A program made the position numbers and the translations under genes. A model generated the notes under the pieces. It saw only the letters and a program-made list of their open reading frames with translations, did not search any database and was not told the DNA's origin. From a virus (lineage: Duplodnaviria; Heunggongvirae; Uroviricota; Caudoviricetes), in the IMG/VR virus record IMGVR_UViG_3300020576_001727, positions 1-39,061 of that record: a stretch of 39,061 bases of DNA; one strand, written 5' to 3'. This document shows, piece by piece, positions 1 to 8,247 of the stretch (the stretch's first letter is position 1; each line of letters opens with the position of its first letter).

Positions 1-121
1 AAGCACGCCAATAGTTACAAACACGCTGAATATCGCAAAGATACCAGTAACTTAACCAGTGTTTCTGAAGAACTTGCTTATATCAAGTCTTTGGTCCGCA
101 AGATTTTGTATTGAGGTTTAT

Positions 122-700
122 ATGAAAAAAGTCGTGTTTACATTGGGTCGCTTCAACCCGCCCACGGTTGGACACGCCAAAGTGATTCAAGCGGTCGAAC
201 ATCTGGCGAAGGAAGCCAAAGCAGACAGTCGAGTTTTCACGACTGTCTCGCATGACAAGACCAAGAATCCATTGGAATATTCCGAAAAAATTGAATTTCT
301 TAAGCAATTGTTTCCGAAATCGACAATTGTTGAAGACTCCAAAATCCGCACTGTCTATCAAGCTTGCCACTATCTTTCGGATCAAGGCTATCGAGACGTT
401 GTTTTGGTTGTCGGGGAAGATAGAGTCAGCGAATTCCAGAAAATTTGGGATTATGTTCGCAAGCCTCATGACAAGGACTATGACAAGACCAAACATTTCT
501 TGTTTGACCGCTTTCATGTTGTTTCGGCTGGAAAGAGAGACGCCAAATCCAAAGGTATTTCGGGCGCTTCAGGAACGAAAATGAGAGAATATGCAGTGAA
601 CAATGACTTTGTTTCGTTCATGAAATATTCTCCAACCCAAAACGTTCAACTGGCGAGAAAAATATATCGGGCGGTTCAAAAAGCAATAAGAGATAAATAA
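122..700 (+). CDS. Cytidylyltransferase-like (HxGH/TxGH) nucleotidyltransferase of T4-like phages
   Basis: GRFNPPTVGH motif, KNPL, VVGEDR, VVSAG-RD, SGTKMR; ATG at 122 preceded by GAGG. Confidence 0.85.
   Translation: MKKVVFTLGRFNPPTVGHAKVIQAVEHLAKEAKADSRVFTTVSHDKTKNPLEYSEKIEFLKQLFPKSTIVEDSKIRTVYQACHYLSDQGYRDVVLVVGEDRVSEFQKIWDYVRKPHDKDYDKTKHFLFDRFHVVSAGKRDAKSKGISGASGTKMREYAVNNDFVSFMKYSPTQNVQLARKIYRAVQKAIRDK
692..699 (+). promoter_or_regulatory. T4-type late promoter (GATAAATA)
   Basis: 7/8 match to TATAAATA; ATG 705 lies 5 nt downstream. Confidence 0.6.
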
Positions 701-704
701 GAAC

Positions 705-2897
705 ATGGTAACGTTCGAACAGCTTAAATTACTGGAAAAATATCTGGATCAAGCTTGGAAAATGCTTGGTATCGATGTCAGTTTCACCAAGCATTTCTTG
801 GAACGCGCAAACGATCCTAGAAACGGCAAGCCTATCGATATCCGAGAATTGCAGAAGCTATTTGTTGACGCTTATAAGCGTTATGGTTCGATGTTCGCGC
901 GCATGAAGCTTGGCGACAATGAAATCGAAGGCGTCTTGACTGATCTTTCAACCAAGATCAATTCTCCATTCGTATTGAGTTGGGACAAGAGAACCCGCGA
1001 ATTCGATCTAAGAGCTAAAACCGTTATGAGAAAGAACAATTTCGTTCCCAACAATCCGCGCGAAAGAAAATACACTGTCGAGGATCGTAATTCCAACTCG
1101 CATATGTGGTCCGATTATGACCGTTCGTCTGGACCTACTTGGACAGACTGGATTGCCAAGAAACTTGGAACCAAGAAATGGGTTGTCGCCAATCAACTTA
1201 CTGATAAGTTGAAAGAAAAAGGTTATAAAGTTGCTATCAGTCAAGCCAAATACTCGGAACTGAACAAACAATTCAAAAGCTTGCACGAAGAACAAGAGAG
1301 AAAACAAATGAGCCTAAACAAAAGATTTGGTGTTTCCGATGAATTTGCCAAGATTGCAAATGCAATCGCAGAAGAAACCTATAAGCAGAGAGAAGAAGAA
1401 GCAAGAGCATTGGCTGAAGCAAGCAAGGCTAAGATGGCTGAATTGCTTGGGGAAGACGTTGAACAGATTGACGAGTTGTCCAAATCAACACTTGGTTCAT
1501 ATATTCATAAAGCGGCTTCCAATAGCAATTTCAAAAGAGATAGAGCGCAAGACAATTTCAATAGAGTCTCCGACGCAAAAGGCGATGAAGAGAAAGACAA
1601 ATTCTTCAATCGAGGCAATAGACTACTAGATAAATCCAACCAAAGAACAAAAGGAATTCAAGCGGCTGCAAAGAAACTTGCTAAGGAAGACCTTGACGAA
1701 GCCTTTGATAATGGACCGGGAGACAAAAGAGCGGCTGAAATCAAGAAAGAACTTGATGCCGATTTCAAGAAAAAGAAGACTTTCAAGGAAAAATTCAAGA
1801 AATTCAGACAGGAATTGCATTACGCAACCAACGTAAGCAAGCTACCAAAGCATTTGCAAGACGATGTTCAAGAAGATGTTGTTGACGAAGATTGCTTGAA
1901 AGTCAACATTCCTTTGCTAATCCGCTTGCTTGAATTTGCGAGAGAAGACGCCAAGGATGATGTTGCTTTGCATAAAGCAGTCGAACGCATGACCGAACTT
2001 TCCAAGAATGGGGAGAAAGAATTGACCATGACCGACTATTCTTCGATCATGGAAGATTGTGGCGTTTTGAGCGAATTGTCTAAAAGAACACTTGGCAACT
2101 ATGTTCGTTATGCATCGGATGACAAGGTAAATCATTCTCATATGCGTATGTCTGGAATACACAAAAAACAAGAAACCAGTGAACGCAAAATGAGAAACAG
2201 ACACTATGGAATTGACCGTGCTGTTGACAAATTGACCAAGGAAGATGTTGAACAGATTGATGAATTGAGAAACGTTGGAACATATCATGTAGTCAATTCC
2301 AAGACCAACAAAGCCGTTTTTTCTGGAAAATACTCTAAAGCACTTGCCCATTATGAAAAGGTTGGACCGGGACATTCTTTGCAGAGTGATAAAGCCCGAA
2401 TGAAACTTGCTAAAATGGCCAAAGAAGATGTCGAACAAATTGATGAATTGTCTGGAAAGACGTTGGATGCCTATTATGATAAAGCATCTAAAAGCAAGAT
2501 GAATGCTCACATAGACAGAAACAATGTTGTCGCCAATGCGTCACGTAATCAGAACACTGGAAATACCAAGCGTGCTGAAGTTTTGAAAGGCAAGGCGCGC
2601 GATCTTGACAGAGTTATCAAGAAGCGCGGTGACGGAATGTATCGTGCAGCCAAGAAACTGAATGCAATGGGGGAAAATGTCGAACAGATCGATGAAATCT
2701 CCAAAGGCAAGCTTCGGGACTATATCGAACGTTCCAAGGAAGACAGAGACGAAGTTCAACCTTTTCTGAAAAAATCCCCTTGGAAGCGAACACAGGAAAA
2801 GGCTGATCGCAATATCGCCAATCGAACCAAAGGCATCGAACTTGCCAGAAAAAAGCTAAAGGAATCTGCCGCCGAAGCGGAAGAAAAAAAAAAATAA
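705..2897 (+). CDS. Large modular late protein with EDVEQIDELS repeats (probable head-packaged, protease-processed polyprotein)
   Basis: 730 aa; four E(D/N)VEQIDE repeats plus VLSELSK; modules end in R.KGI..A.KKL.KE; late promoter upstream. Confidence 0.65.
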   Translation: MVTFEQLKLLEKYLDQAWKMLGIDVSFTKHFLERANDPRNGKPIDIRELQKLFVDAYKRYGSMFARMKLGDNEIEGVLTDLSTKINSPFVLSWDKRTREFDLRAKTVMRKNNFVPNNPRERKYTVEDRNSNSHMWSDYDRSSGPTWTDWIAKKLGTKKWVVANQLTDKLKEKGYKVAISQAKYSELNKQFKSLHEEQERKQMSLNKRFGVSDEFAKIANAIAEETYKQREEEARALAEASKAKMAELLGEDVEQIDELSKSTLGSYIHKAASNSNFKRDRAQDNFNRVSDAKGDEEKDKFFNRGNRLLDKSNQRTKGIQAAAKKLAKEDLDEAFDNGPGDKRAAEIKKELDADFKKKKTFKEKFKKFRQELHYATNVSKLPKHLQDDVQEDVVDEDCLKVNIPLLIRLLEFAREDAKDDVALHKAVERMTELSKNGEKELTMTDYSSIMEDCGVLSELSKRTLGNYVRYASDDKVNHSHMRMSGIHKKQETSERKMRNRHYGIDRAVDKLTKEDVEQIDELRNVGTYHVVNSKTNKAVFSGKYSKALAHYEKVGPGHSLQSDKARMKLAKMAKEDVEQIDELSGKTLDAYYDKASKSKMNAHIDRNNVVANASRNQNTGNTKRAEVLKGKARDLDRVIKKRGDGMYRAAKKLNAMGENVEQIDEISKGKLRDYIERSKEDRDEVQPFLKKSPWKRTQEKADRNIANRTKGIELARKKLKESAAEAEEKKK
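1452..2702 (+). repeat. Dispersed coding repeats GAAGAYGTYGAACARATYGAYGAR (EDVEQIDE)
   Basis: Copies start at 1452, 2241, 2424 and 2673 (last one ENVEQIDE). Confidence 0.9.
2883..2897 (+). other. A11 slippery run at ORF end (candidate -1 frameshift or transcriptional slippage site)
   Basis: G + A11 (2884-2894) + TAA; the -1 frame is open from here to 3373. Confidence 0.55.
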
Positions 2898-3373
2898 ATG
2901 AAGGAAATCCTCTTTCTCGTCTGACTACGCATGACAAGAAAGGCGTTCATTCTATCGTTATGACGGCAGAACGCCACAATTTGACAAAGAAAGAGAACCG
3001 TGATAGAATGAAAGAGTTGAAGAAGTCTTTCCGAGAAAGAGGATATGGCTTCAGAAACACGCAAGGCAAATGGGACGAAGGAAGCGGGACACAAACAGAA
3101 AAGTCGATTCATGTCTATGCCAAAGGACCGGGGAACAAACATGCGGGTGAACTAGTTCGTCATGCCCGGGAATTGTCCAAAAAGTATGATCAGGATGCTT
3201 TTCTTCATCGTTCCGCCAAAGGAACCGGGACGGCAAGCTATACAAAGCCGGGTTCGGAAGGTAAAAAGGATCGATTCGGAAAGACCAAGTTCAATACCGA
3301 CAATCCTTACGGTGAGACAGAGTATCGAGCATCGAAACCAGAAGGTCATAGACCTAAATTTACATTCAAATAA
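2894..3373 (+). CDS. Conserved T4-like phage domain (DUF3293-like); probably a -1 frame extension of the 705 protein (first in-frame ATG at 2960)
   Basis: INEGNPLSRL...MTAER...EN..R...GYG...G.W.E...E.S...KKYDQDA pattern; no ATG/GTG/TTG in frame between 2807 and 2960. Confidence 0.6.
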   Translation: MNEGNPLSRLTTHDKKGVHSIVMTAERHNLTKKENRDRMKELKKSFRERGYGFRNTQGKWDEGSGTQTEKSIHVYAKGPGNKHAGELVRHARELSKKYDQDAFLHRSAKGTGTASYTKPGSEGKKDRFGKTKFNTDNPYGETEYRASKPEGHRPKFTFK

Positions 3374-3387
3374 TGGAGAACATTGTT

Positions 3388-3549
3388 ATGGAAAAGAATG
3401 AAGAATATCAGAAGGCTTTGAAAGATTATATGGCAAAAGTTATGCCAAATTGTCCATATAATGGCATGATTGCTCGTTGGGGCTGGAAGCTTGAACAAGA
3501 ACAGCTTTTTAAAGAAGAATATATAAATAATAACAAAAAGAAGGAATGA
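3388..3549 (+). CDS. Small hypothetical protein (53 aa, MEKNEEYQKALKDY...)
   Basis: GGAG at 3375-3378, ATG 3388, fills the gap; below the ORF-track cutoff. Confidence 0.7.
   Translation: MEKNEEYQKALKDYMAKVMPNCPYNGMIARWGWKLEQEQLFKEEYINNNKKKE
3522..3529 (+). promoter_or_regulatory. T4-type late promoter TATAAATA
   Basis: Exact consensus upstream of ORF 3553. Confidence 0.8.
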
Positions 3550-3552
3550 AAC

Positions 3553-3894
3553 ATGTCAGTAGCATGGGGAAAGAAAGACTTGGCGAATAATTCGCCTAAA
3601 TATGCCGTTAGCCAAGTGGATCGTCAGCTTACGACTGCCAATGTTAATCAACTTTGGAGCAATACAACTTCATTGGTATATAAGACACGCGGTCCAGTGG
3701 GTGTTTTCGGTGTTGATCGCGGCGAATTGGCCAATGCTGTAGCTAACGGAAAAGCAGTTCCGGCACATACAGGTTGGGCTTTAAGAACAGAAGGTCGCGG
3801 AGGAAGAGCGGGACGTGTTCATTATGAAACACTTGTCGCAATGAAATCGATGACCGCTGGCAACAACGCTAATCTATTCATCAACAATATCTAA
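3553..3894 (+). CDS. Putative virion structural protein conserved in T4-like phages
   Basis: WGKKD, VFGVD..E, AHTGW, GRVHYETLVAM motifs; late promoter; AAGGA RBS. Confidence 0.6.
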   Translation: MSVAWGKKDLANNSPKYAVSQVDRQLTTANVNQLWSNTTSLVYKTRGPVGVFGVDRGELANAVANGKAVPAHTGWALRTEGRGGRAGRVHYETLVAMKSMTAGNNANLFINNI

Positions 3895-3900
3895 TTTCAT

Positions 3901-3944
3901 AATAAATAAAGGCGGCTTCCTTATGGGAGTCGTCTTTTGTTTTT
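3901..3944 (+). terminator. Intrinsic terminator preceded by late promoter AATAAATA (3901-3908)
   Basis: Stem AAAGGCGGCTTCC-TTAT-GGGAGTCGTCTTT followed by TGTTTTT. Confidence 0.75.
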
Positions 3945-3956
3945 AAGGATCATTAA

Positions 3957-4436
3957 ATGAAAAATATCAAGGAATTCAAAGAGCCGGATCAAGAAATTGA
4001 TACACATGGTCCTAACGATTTCAACAGTTCATCGATTGCGTCTGGTAGTCGTCTTGAACAGTTAAGACAGGAATTTGCCTATCTGGCAGGACAACCCCAA
4101 GTCACAATCAATGTGGCAATCACAAAAATTCGAAAGATTCTGGCACAATACAACATTTTTATTGATCACGATCTTCCGAGATTTGCCGAAGACTCTGGCG
4201 AATACTTTTTCCAAGTTTATCAACATGATAGTGATATTCGAATTTGGGAAAAAGACAAAGGCGAAATCTATGGAAAGCCTTACAAGGAAGCTCCTACTTA
4301 CGTCGATCAAGACAGTTTCTACTTGTATTTGGCATTTGAACTTAATCCGCGTGGCTTCTTTGATGTCATGGCACAGATTGTTTCGGAAGATGAATTGAGT
4401 GAAATTGTTGGGGATGACGAAATAGAAGATTTCTGA
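3957..4436 (+). CDS. Acidic hypothetical late protein
   Basis: 159 aa, AAGGA RBS; N-terminus MKNIKEFKE resembles T4 capsid-targeting leaders. Confidence 0.65.
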   Translation: MKNIKEFKEPDQEIDTHGPNDFNSSSIASGSRLEQLRQEFAYLAGQPQVTINVAITKIRKILAQYNIFIDHDLPRFAEDSGEYFFQVYQHDSDIRIWEKDKGEIYGKPYKEAPTYVDQDSFYLYLAFELNPRGFFDVMAQIVSEDELSEIVGDDEIEDF

Positions 4437-4441
4437 TCGAA

Positions 4442-4828
4442 ATGCGGTATGATTTGAATGATCAGAACTTGGAAATACTATCGATCAAGTTCTATAATGG
4501 AAATAGTTGGTTGAAGGAAGATTTTGAGGTTGATATGAAACGCCTCAAATACATCAAAAGGTTATTGGGTAAGTATGTAAAAAAGAACGACTTGAAGGAA
4601 AGACTGATTTTAAATCATATTATCATTCTTGGTAATGTGTTTGGTCCGGACTTTACTTCCCGGCTTCTGTTTTTCTATCATGACGAAGCATACTATCCAA
4701 TCATCAAGACCTTTCTCTTTTTCCTTAACTATCTTCCAGAAAAAATCAATTCAATCAATGGCAAAATCATAGATACCCGCCTCATTCCCTTGGATATGAA
4801 GCTGGTTGATGTTCTAAGAAAGATTTGA
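4442..4828 (+). CDS. Conserved T4-like hypothetical protein
   Basis: F..D.KR.KYIKRL...LKERLILNHIIILGNVFG motif. Confidence 0.75.
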   Translation: MRYDLNDQNLEILSIKFYNGNSWLKEDFEVDMKRLKYIKRLLGKYVKKNDLKERLILNHIIILGNVFGPDFTSRLLFFYHDEAYYPIIKTFLFFLNYLPEKINSINGKIIDTRLIPLDMKLVDVLRKI

Positions 4829-4830
4829 GA

Positions 4831-5157
4831 ATGAAAATCAAAGAAGATGCACCGACCGTTTCTGTTGCTTCCGGGGGTGTCGCTGGTTTGACCGGAGAAC
4901 CGCCTGTAGGAAATTCGGCAACTCTCATTCGTCGCACCAAGTTTGCCGGTTCCGAATGCTTTGATGTAACCGATGATGTTTGGCATAAAGCACGTTTCGG
5001 AAAGAGACACAAAGCCCATTACAAAACATTTGTGGGTGATGATGATACCGGAATGGCCATCCGAGACTATGGCAATAAAAACCCAAATGCTCCAATTGTT
5101 TTGAAAAATAATAGAACAGGAGCAATGATTTACTTACGATATGGAAAAAGACAATGA
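4831..5157 (+). CDS. Conserved T4-like hypothetical protein
   Basis: EDAPT...G.VAGL..EPPV and IVLKN..TGAMIYLR. Confidence 0.7.
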   Translation: MKIKEDAPTVSVASGGVAGLTGEPPVGNSATLIRRTKFAGSECFDVTDDVWHKARFGKRHKAHYKTFVGDDDTGMAIRDYGNKNPNAPIVLKNNRTGAMIYLRYGKRQ

Positions 5158-6002
5158 GCTTGAAAAACTTTAGCGCAACAGACTTGAAGAGAATACTTCC
5201 TCAAAATCGTGATCCTGTGAAACTTCACGATGCGATGATGCGTATTTTCCCGAAGTATGACATTGTTACCAATGAACGAATTGCAATGTTTCTTGGTCAA
5301 TGCGCCCATGAGTCGGGACAGTTCAATATCATGACTGAAAATTTGAACTATTCGGCGGCTGGATTGTTGAAAACATTCAAGAAATATTACAATCCTGCTT
5401 TGGCTAATGCCCATGCTAGAAATCCCGAAAAGATTGCTAACCATGTCTATGCAAATCGAATGGGAAATGGACCGGAATCATCGGGAGACGGTTGGAAGTT
5501 TCGCGGTCATGGCTTCATCCAACTGACAGGAAGAAGCAATCACACTTCTTTCTATAATTCGCTTGGATTGGGAATTGACGCGGGACTGGCTTATATCAAG
5601 ACATTGGACGGCGCTTTGGAATCTTCTTGCTGGTTCTGGAAAACCAACGGATTGAATGCCTTTGCCGACCGTATTGATATCGAAGGCGCTACACGCCGAA
5701 TCAACGGCGGAACCAATGGATTGAAAGATCGTATTGGATATGTTCGCAAGGCTCTGTTAGTATTGGAGGAAGACGGCAAGAGTTCGGTAAATCCAGCACC
5801 AACCAAGAGAACAGTTCTTAGATTTGGAGACAAGGGGGAAGACGTTTTTGAATTGCAACAAAAACTGACCAAAGCTGGTTTTAGAGTCAGTATCGACGGG
5901 GATTTCGGAAAAGGAACGAAAGCCGCTGTTGAACAATTCCAGACAATGAACAAGCTTACGGCAGACGGTGTTGCAGGACCAAAAACCCTAGCACTATTAT
6001 GA
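5154..6002 (+). CDS. Endolysin: GH19 (chitinase/lysozyme-like) domain + C-terminal peptidoglycan-binding domain
   Basis: FLGQCAHES, ENLNYS, GDGWKFRGHGFIQLTGR, TRRINGG; PG_binding_1 DGDFG..T..AV..FQ...DGVAGPKT. Confidence 0.92.
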   Translation: MSLKNFSATDLKRILPQNRDPVKLHDAMMRIFPKYDIVTNERIAMFLGQCAHESGQFNIMTENLNYSAAGLLKTFKKYYNPALANAHARNPEKIANHVYANRMGNGPESSGDGWKFRGHGFIQLTGRSNHTSFYNSLGLGIDAGLAYIKTLDGALESSCWFWKTNGLNAFADRIDIEGATRRINGGTNGLKDRIGYVRKALLVLEEDGKSSVNPAPTKRTVLRFGDKGEDVFELQQKLTKAGFRVSIDGDFGKGTKAAVEQFQTMNKLTADGVAGPKTLALL

Positions 6003-6391
6003 AACAAGACTATGCCGCTATTAAGGAAGAAGATTATCCAGTAATCGATGATGATGTTTCTGCTGAATTGCCAGCTAGAACATTCGAGGAAGAATATAAT
6101 CAACAACCAAGCGGCGAGTTTATTCCTTTAGCTCCAATTAATGTAAACGAAACATGGTTCAAGACATACTGGCGTCCTGCTTTGGCATGGCAATATTTGG
6201 CAGTATGTCTTTTTGATTTCATCATAGCACCAAGTTTGACTCTTTGGTTGTATGGTAACAACGGGTTGGAAGGTTATACGCAATGGCAACCGCTAACTCT
6301 ACAGGCTACAGGTTTTTATCACGTTGCAATGGGAGCAGTGTTAGGTATCGCGGTTTGGTCGCGCTCATTGGAAAAGAAAAATGACGGATAA
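5999..6391 (+). CDS. Holin (3TM GTA-holin-like)
   Basis: WRPALAWQYLAVCLFDF, WQPLTL, GAVLGIAVWSR..EK; overlaps the endolysin stop. Confidence 0.7.
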   Translation: MKQDYAAIKEEDYPVIDDDVSAELPARTFEEEYNQQPSGEFIPLAPINVNETWFKTYWRPALAWQYLAVCLFDFIIAPSLTLWLYGNNGLEGYTQWQPLTLQATGFYHVAMGAVLGIAVWSRSLEKKNDG

Positions 6392-6674
6392 GCCATCTTT
6401 AAATCTCAATTCTCACGAAGTCGAACAAATTGACGAAGAAATATTGAAGTTGCTTAATGAGATTAAGCAGGGTCAAAAATCGGTTGTTGTATTGACTGAC
6501 GATGAAATCAAGGAATTGAAACAATGGCTAGAAGACAAGAAAGCCTTGGGAAGAGTTTGGTCTATCCTGAAAACAGCCGCTCTGTCGATTGCCGCCGTCA
6601 TTGTTGCATGGAATACTATTTTTGAAGGTGGAATTAAAGCAGTCTTCAACTTTTTTGGTGGGGGAACGAACTAA
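6381..6674 (+). CDS. Single-TM membrane protein (lysis-associated?)
   Basis: C-terminal hydrophobic helix; translationally coupled. Confidence 0.6.
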   Translation: MTDKPSLNLNSHEVEQIDEEILKLLNEIKQGQKSVVVLTDDEIKELKQWLEDKKALGRVWSILKTAALSIAAVIVAWNTIFEGGIKAVFNFFGGGTN

Positions 6675-6874
6675 TGATGCATTTTGTTCGGGGTGCGACT
6701 AAGGGATTGTCGCCAAGAGAGATATTCTTTACCGTCCTGATAAGTATCTGTATTGGCATGGGTATTAACTGGACGATCAATCGATTCCAGACCTTGGAAA
6801 CGACTGTCGAGGAAGTCCAGCAACAACATACCGACATTCAACAGTCATGCGAACTTTTGAAAAAACAGCCTTGA
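6674..6874 (+). CDS. Small membrane protein
   Basis: One TM helix then a short coiled coil. Confidence 0.55.
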   Translation: MMHFVRGATKGLSPREIFFTVLISICIGMGINWTINRFQTLETTVEEVQQQHTDIQQSCELLKKQP

Positions 6875-6898
6875 CATTCGAATTTTCTCTGCTATATT
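6871..6898 (+). promoter_or_regulatory. Sigma70-type early promoter
   Basis: TTGACA-16-TATATT with TG extended -10. Confidence 0.7.
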
Positions 6899-6961
6899 GG
6901 GCTGAAAAACTTCCAAACTATGAGGAAATTCACGACGCAATCGTATATGGAGAAAAGTGAA

Positions 6962-7198
6962 ATGACTGGAATTGAGCCGTTTTTTAAAATTCAAACATAT
7001 CCAGAACGTCCAATTATTTTCGAAAAAGGCGACAGATTGATTGTCGATACGAGCAAGCCGAATGCGAATCTTATGCATGATGCGACTCGTCCCTTTGCGG
7101 TTTGTGTAAAAATTCCTATTGGAATCGGACGTGTTCGAGTCCTTGCCCGATATGAGAATCTTCCCGGTGCCAAGCGAGCATTGCGGTATCTGAAATAA
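6962..7198 (+). CDS. Hypothetical early protein
   Basis: GGAG RBS within ATGGAGAAAAGTGAAATG. Confidence 0.6.
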   Translation: MTGIEPFFKIQTYPERPIIFEKGDRLIVDTSKPNANLMHDATRPFAVCVKIPIGIGRVRVLARYENLPGAKRALRYLK

Positions 7199-7199
7199 C

Positions 7200-7229
7200 T
7201 TGACTTACGAGGGACATTTAGCCTAGAAT
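7200..7229 (+). promoter_or_regulatory. Sigma70-type promoter for the primase gene
   Basis: TTGACT-18-TAGAAT; ATG 6 nt downstream. Confidence 0.55.
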
Positions 7230-7235
7230 GGTTGA

Positions 7236-8243
7236 ATGTCCCTTTTTATTGACCGTCAATATATTCAACAAGCCTCTCGATATCTAGACCGCTTTGTCAA
7301 AGTCAATGACAAAGTGTGGAGATTTCGCTGTCCTTTTTGTGGTGATTCCGCCTCGCGTAAACACATTGCGCGGGGTTATGCATATGTGAAGAAAAATCAT
7401 ATCATCTTCCATTGCCATAATTGCGGCAAGCACGTCCCTCTTAGGGATTTGCTTGAACATGTCAATCACAACATGGCGAATGAATACACTCTCGAAAGCT
7501 ATCTGCAAAGAACGACCGAAAAGAAGACGTTTTCGTTTGAATCGTCCTTTGTCCCCGAACAGCGGACAGATTTTGTCAGCCTCCCGACAATTACCAGTCT
7601 TGGACAGGATCACAAAGCCTATCGATATCTTTTGTCGAGAAAGCTTCCGATTGAGAGATATTCGGAAATATATTACACTGACAATTTTCGAAATTATGTT
7701 TTATCCAACTCTCCCAATCAGGCTGAAAAACTGCCATTGACCGAAGAAAGAATCATCCTTCCTTTCTTCTCCCAAGATGGTCGATTCGTCGGCTATCAGG
7801 GAAGAGTTATGCATGATTTTGGGTTGCGATATCTTACCATCAAATTGACGGACGATAAGAAGATATGGGGAGCTAACAAGATCGATTTGGCCAAACCAGT
7901 TTACGTTACGGAAGGAATTTTTGATGCAATGTTTCTGCCGAATTCGCTTGCAACGCTTGATTCTTCTCTTTATAATGTCCGAAATATCCTGCAATTTTCG
8001 GACTTGCCAACTCTCGTTTTCGACAATGAACGAGACAATCGAGAAATTGTCCAGAAAATGGAAGCCTCGATTGATCAAGGCTTTCCTGTCTGCATTTGGT
8101 CCAAGGGGATCAAGAAATACGGCAAGGATATCAATCGTATGATCATGAACGGACTCAGCCAAGAGCGGGTCTTTGACGAAATCAAATCTCGCACCTTCCA
8201 AGGATTGCGGGCAAAACTGGAATTTATGGAATGGAGAAAATAA
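7236..8243 (+). CDS. 61: DNA primase (T4 gp61-like)
   Basis: FRCPFCGDS...CHNCG zinc finger; GYQGR; VTEGIFD; FDNE..N; KDIN.M. Confidence 0.93.
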   Translation: MSLFIDRQYIQQASRYLDRFVKVNDKVWRFRCPFCGDSASRKHIARGYAYVKKNHIIFHCHNCGKHVPLRDLLEHVNHNMANEYTLESYLQRTTEKKTFSFESSFVPEQRTDFVSLPTITSLGQDHKAYRYLLSRKLPIERYSEIYYTDNFRNYVLSNSPNQAEKLPLTEERIILPFFSQDGRFVGYQGRVMHDFGLRYLTIKLTDDKKIWGANKIDLAKPVYVTEGIFDAMFLPNSLATLDSSLYNVRNILQFSDLPTLVFDNERDNREIVQKMEASIDQGFPVCIWSKGIKKYGKDINRMIMNGLSQERVFDEIKSRTFQGLRAKLEFMEWRK

Positions 8244-8247
8244 TTAT

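Noticed and set aside
1452-2702. EDVEQIDE DNA repeats as a CRISPR-like array
   Set aside because: Irregular spacing of hundreds of nt, variation at synonymous positions, in frame within a CDS; no cas genes
2898-2924. Mini-ORF MKEILFLV immediately after the 730-aa stop
   Set aside because: Only 8 codons; the -1 frame explains this sequence better
6417-6437. EVEQIDE in the membrane protein 6381, matching the polyprotein linker
   Set aside because: Single occurrence in a lysis-region membrane protein; may be chance and has no other support
8173-8247. Upstream starts given by the ORF track (also 59, 13454, 13584, 30770, 31194, 32332, 37962)
   Set aside because: Downstream starts have better RBS or coupling context and match family N-termini
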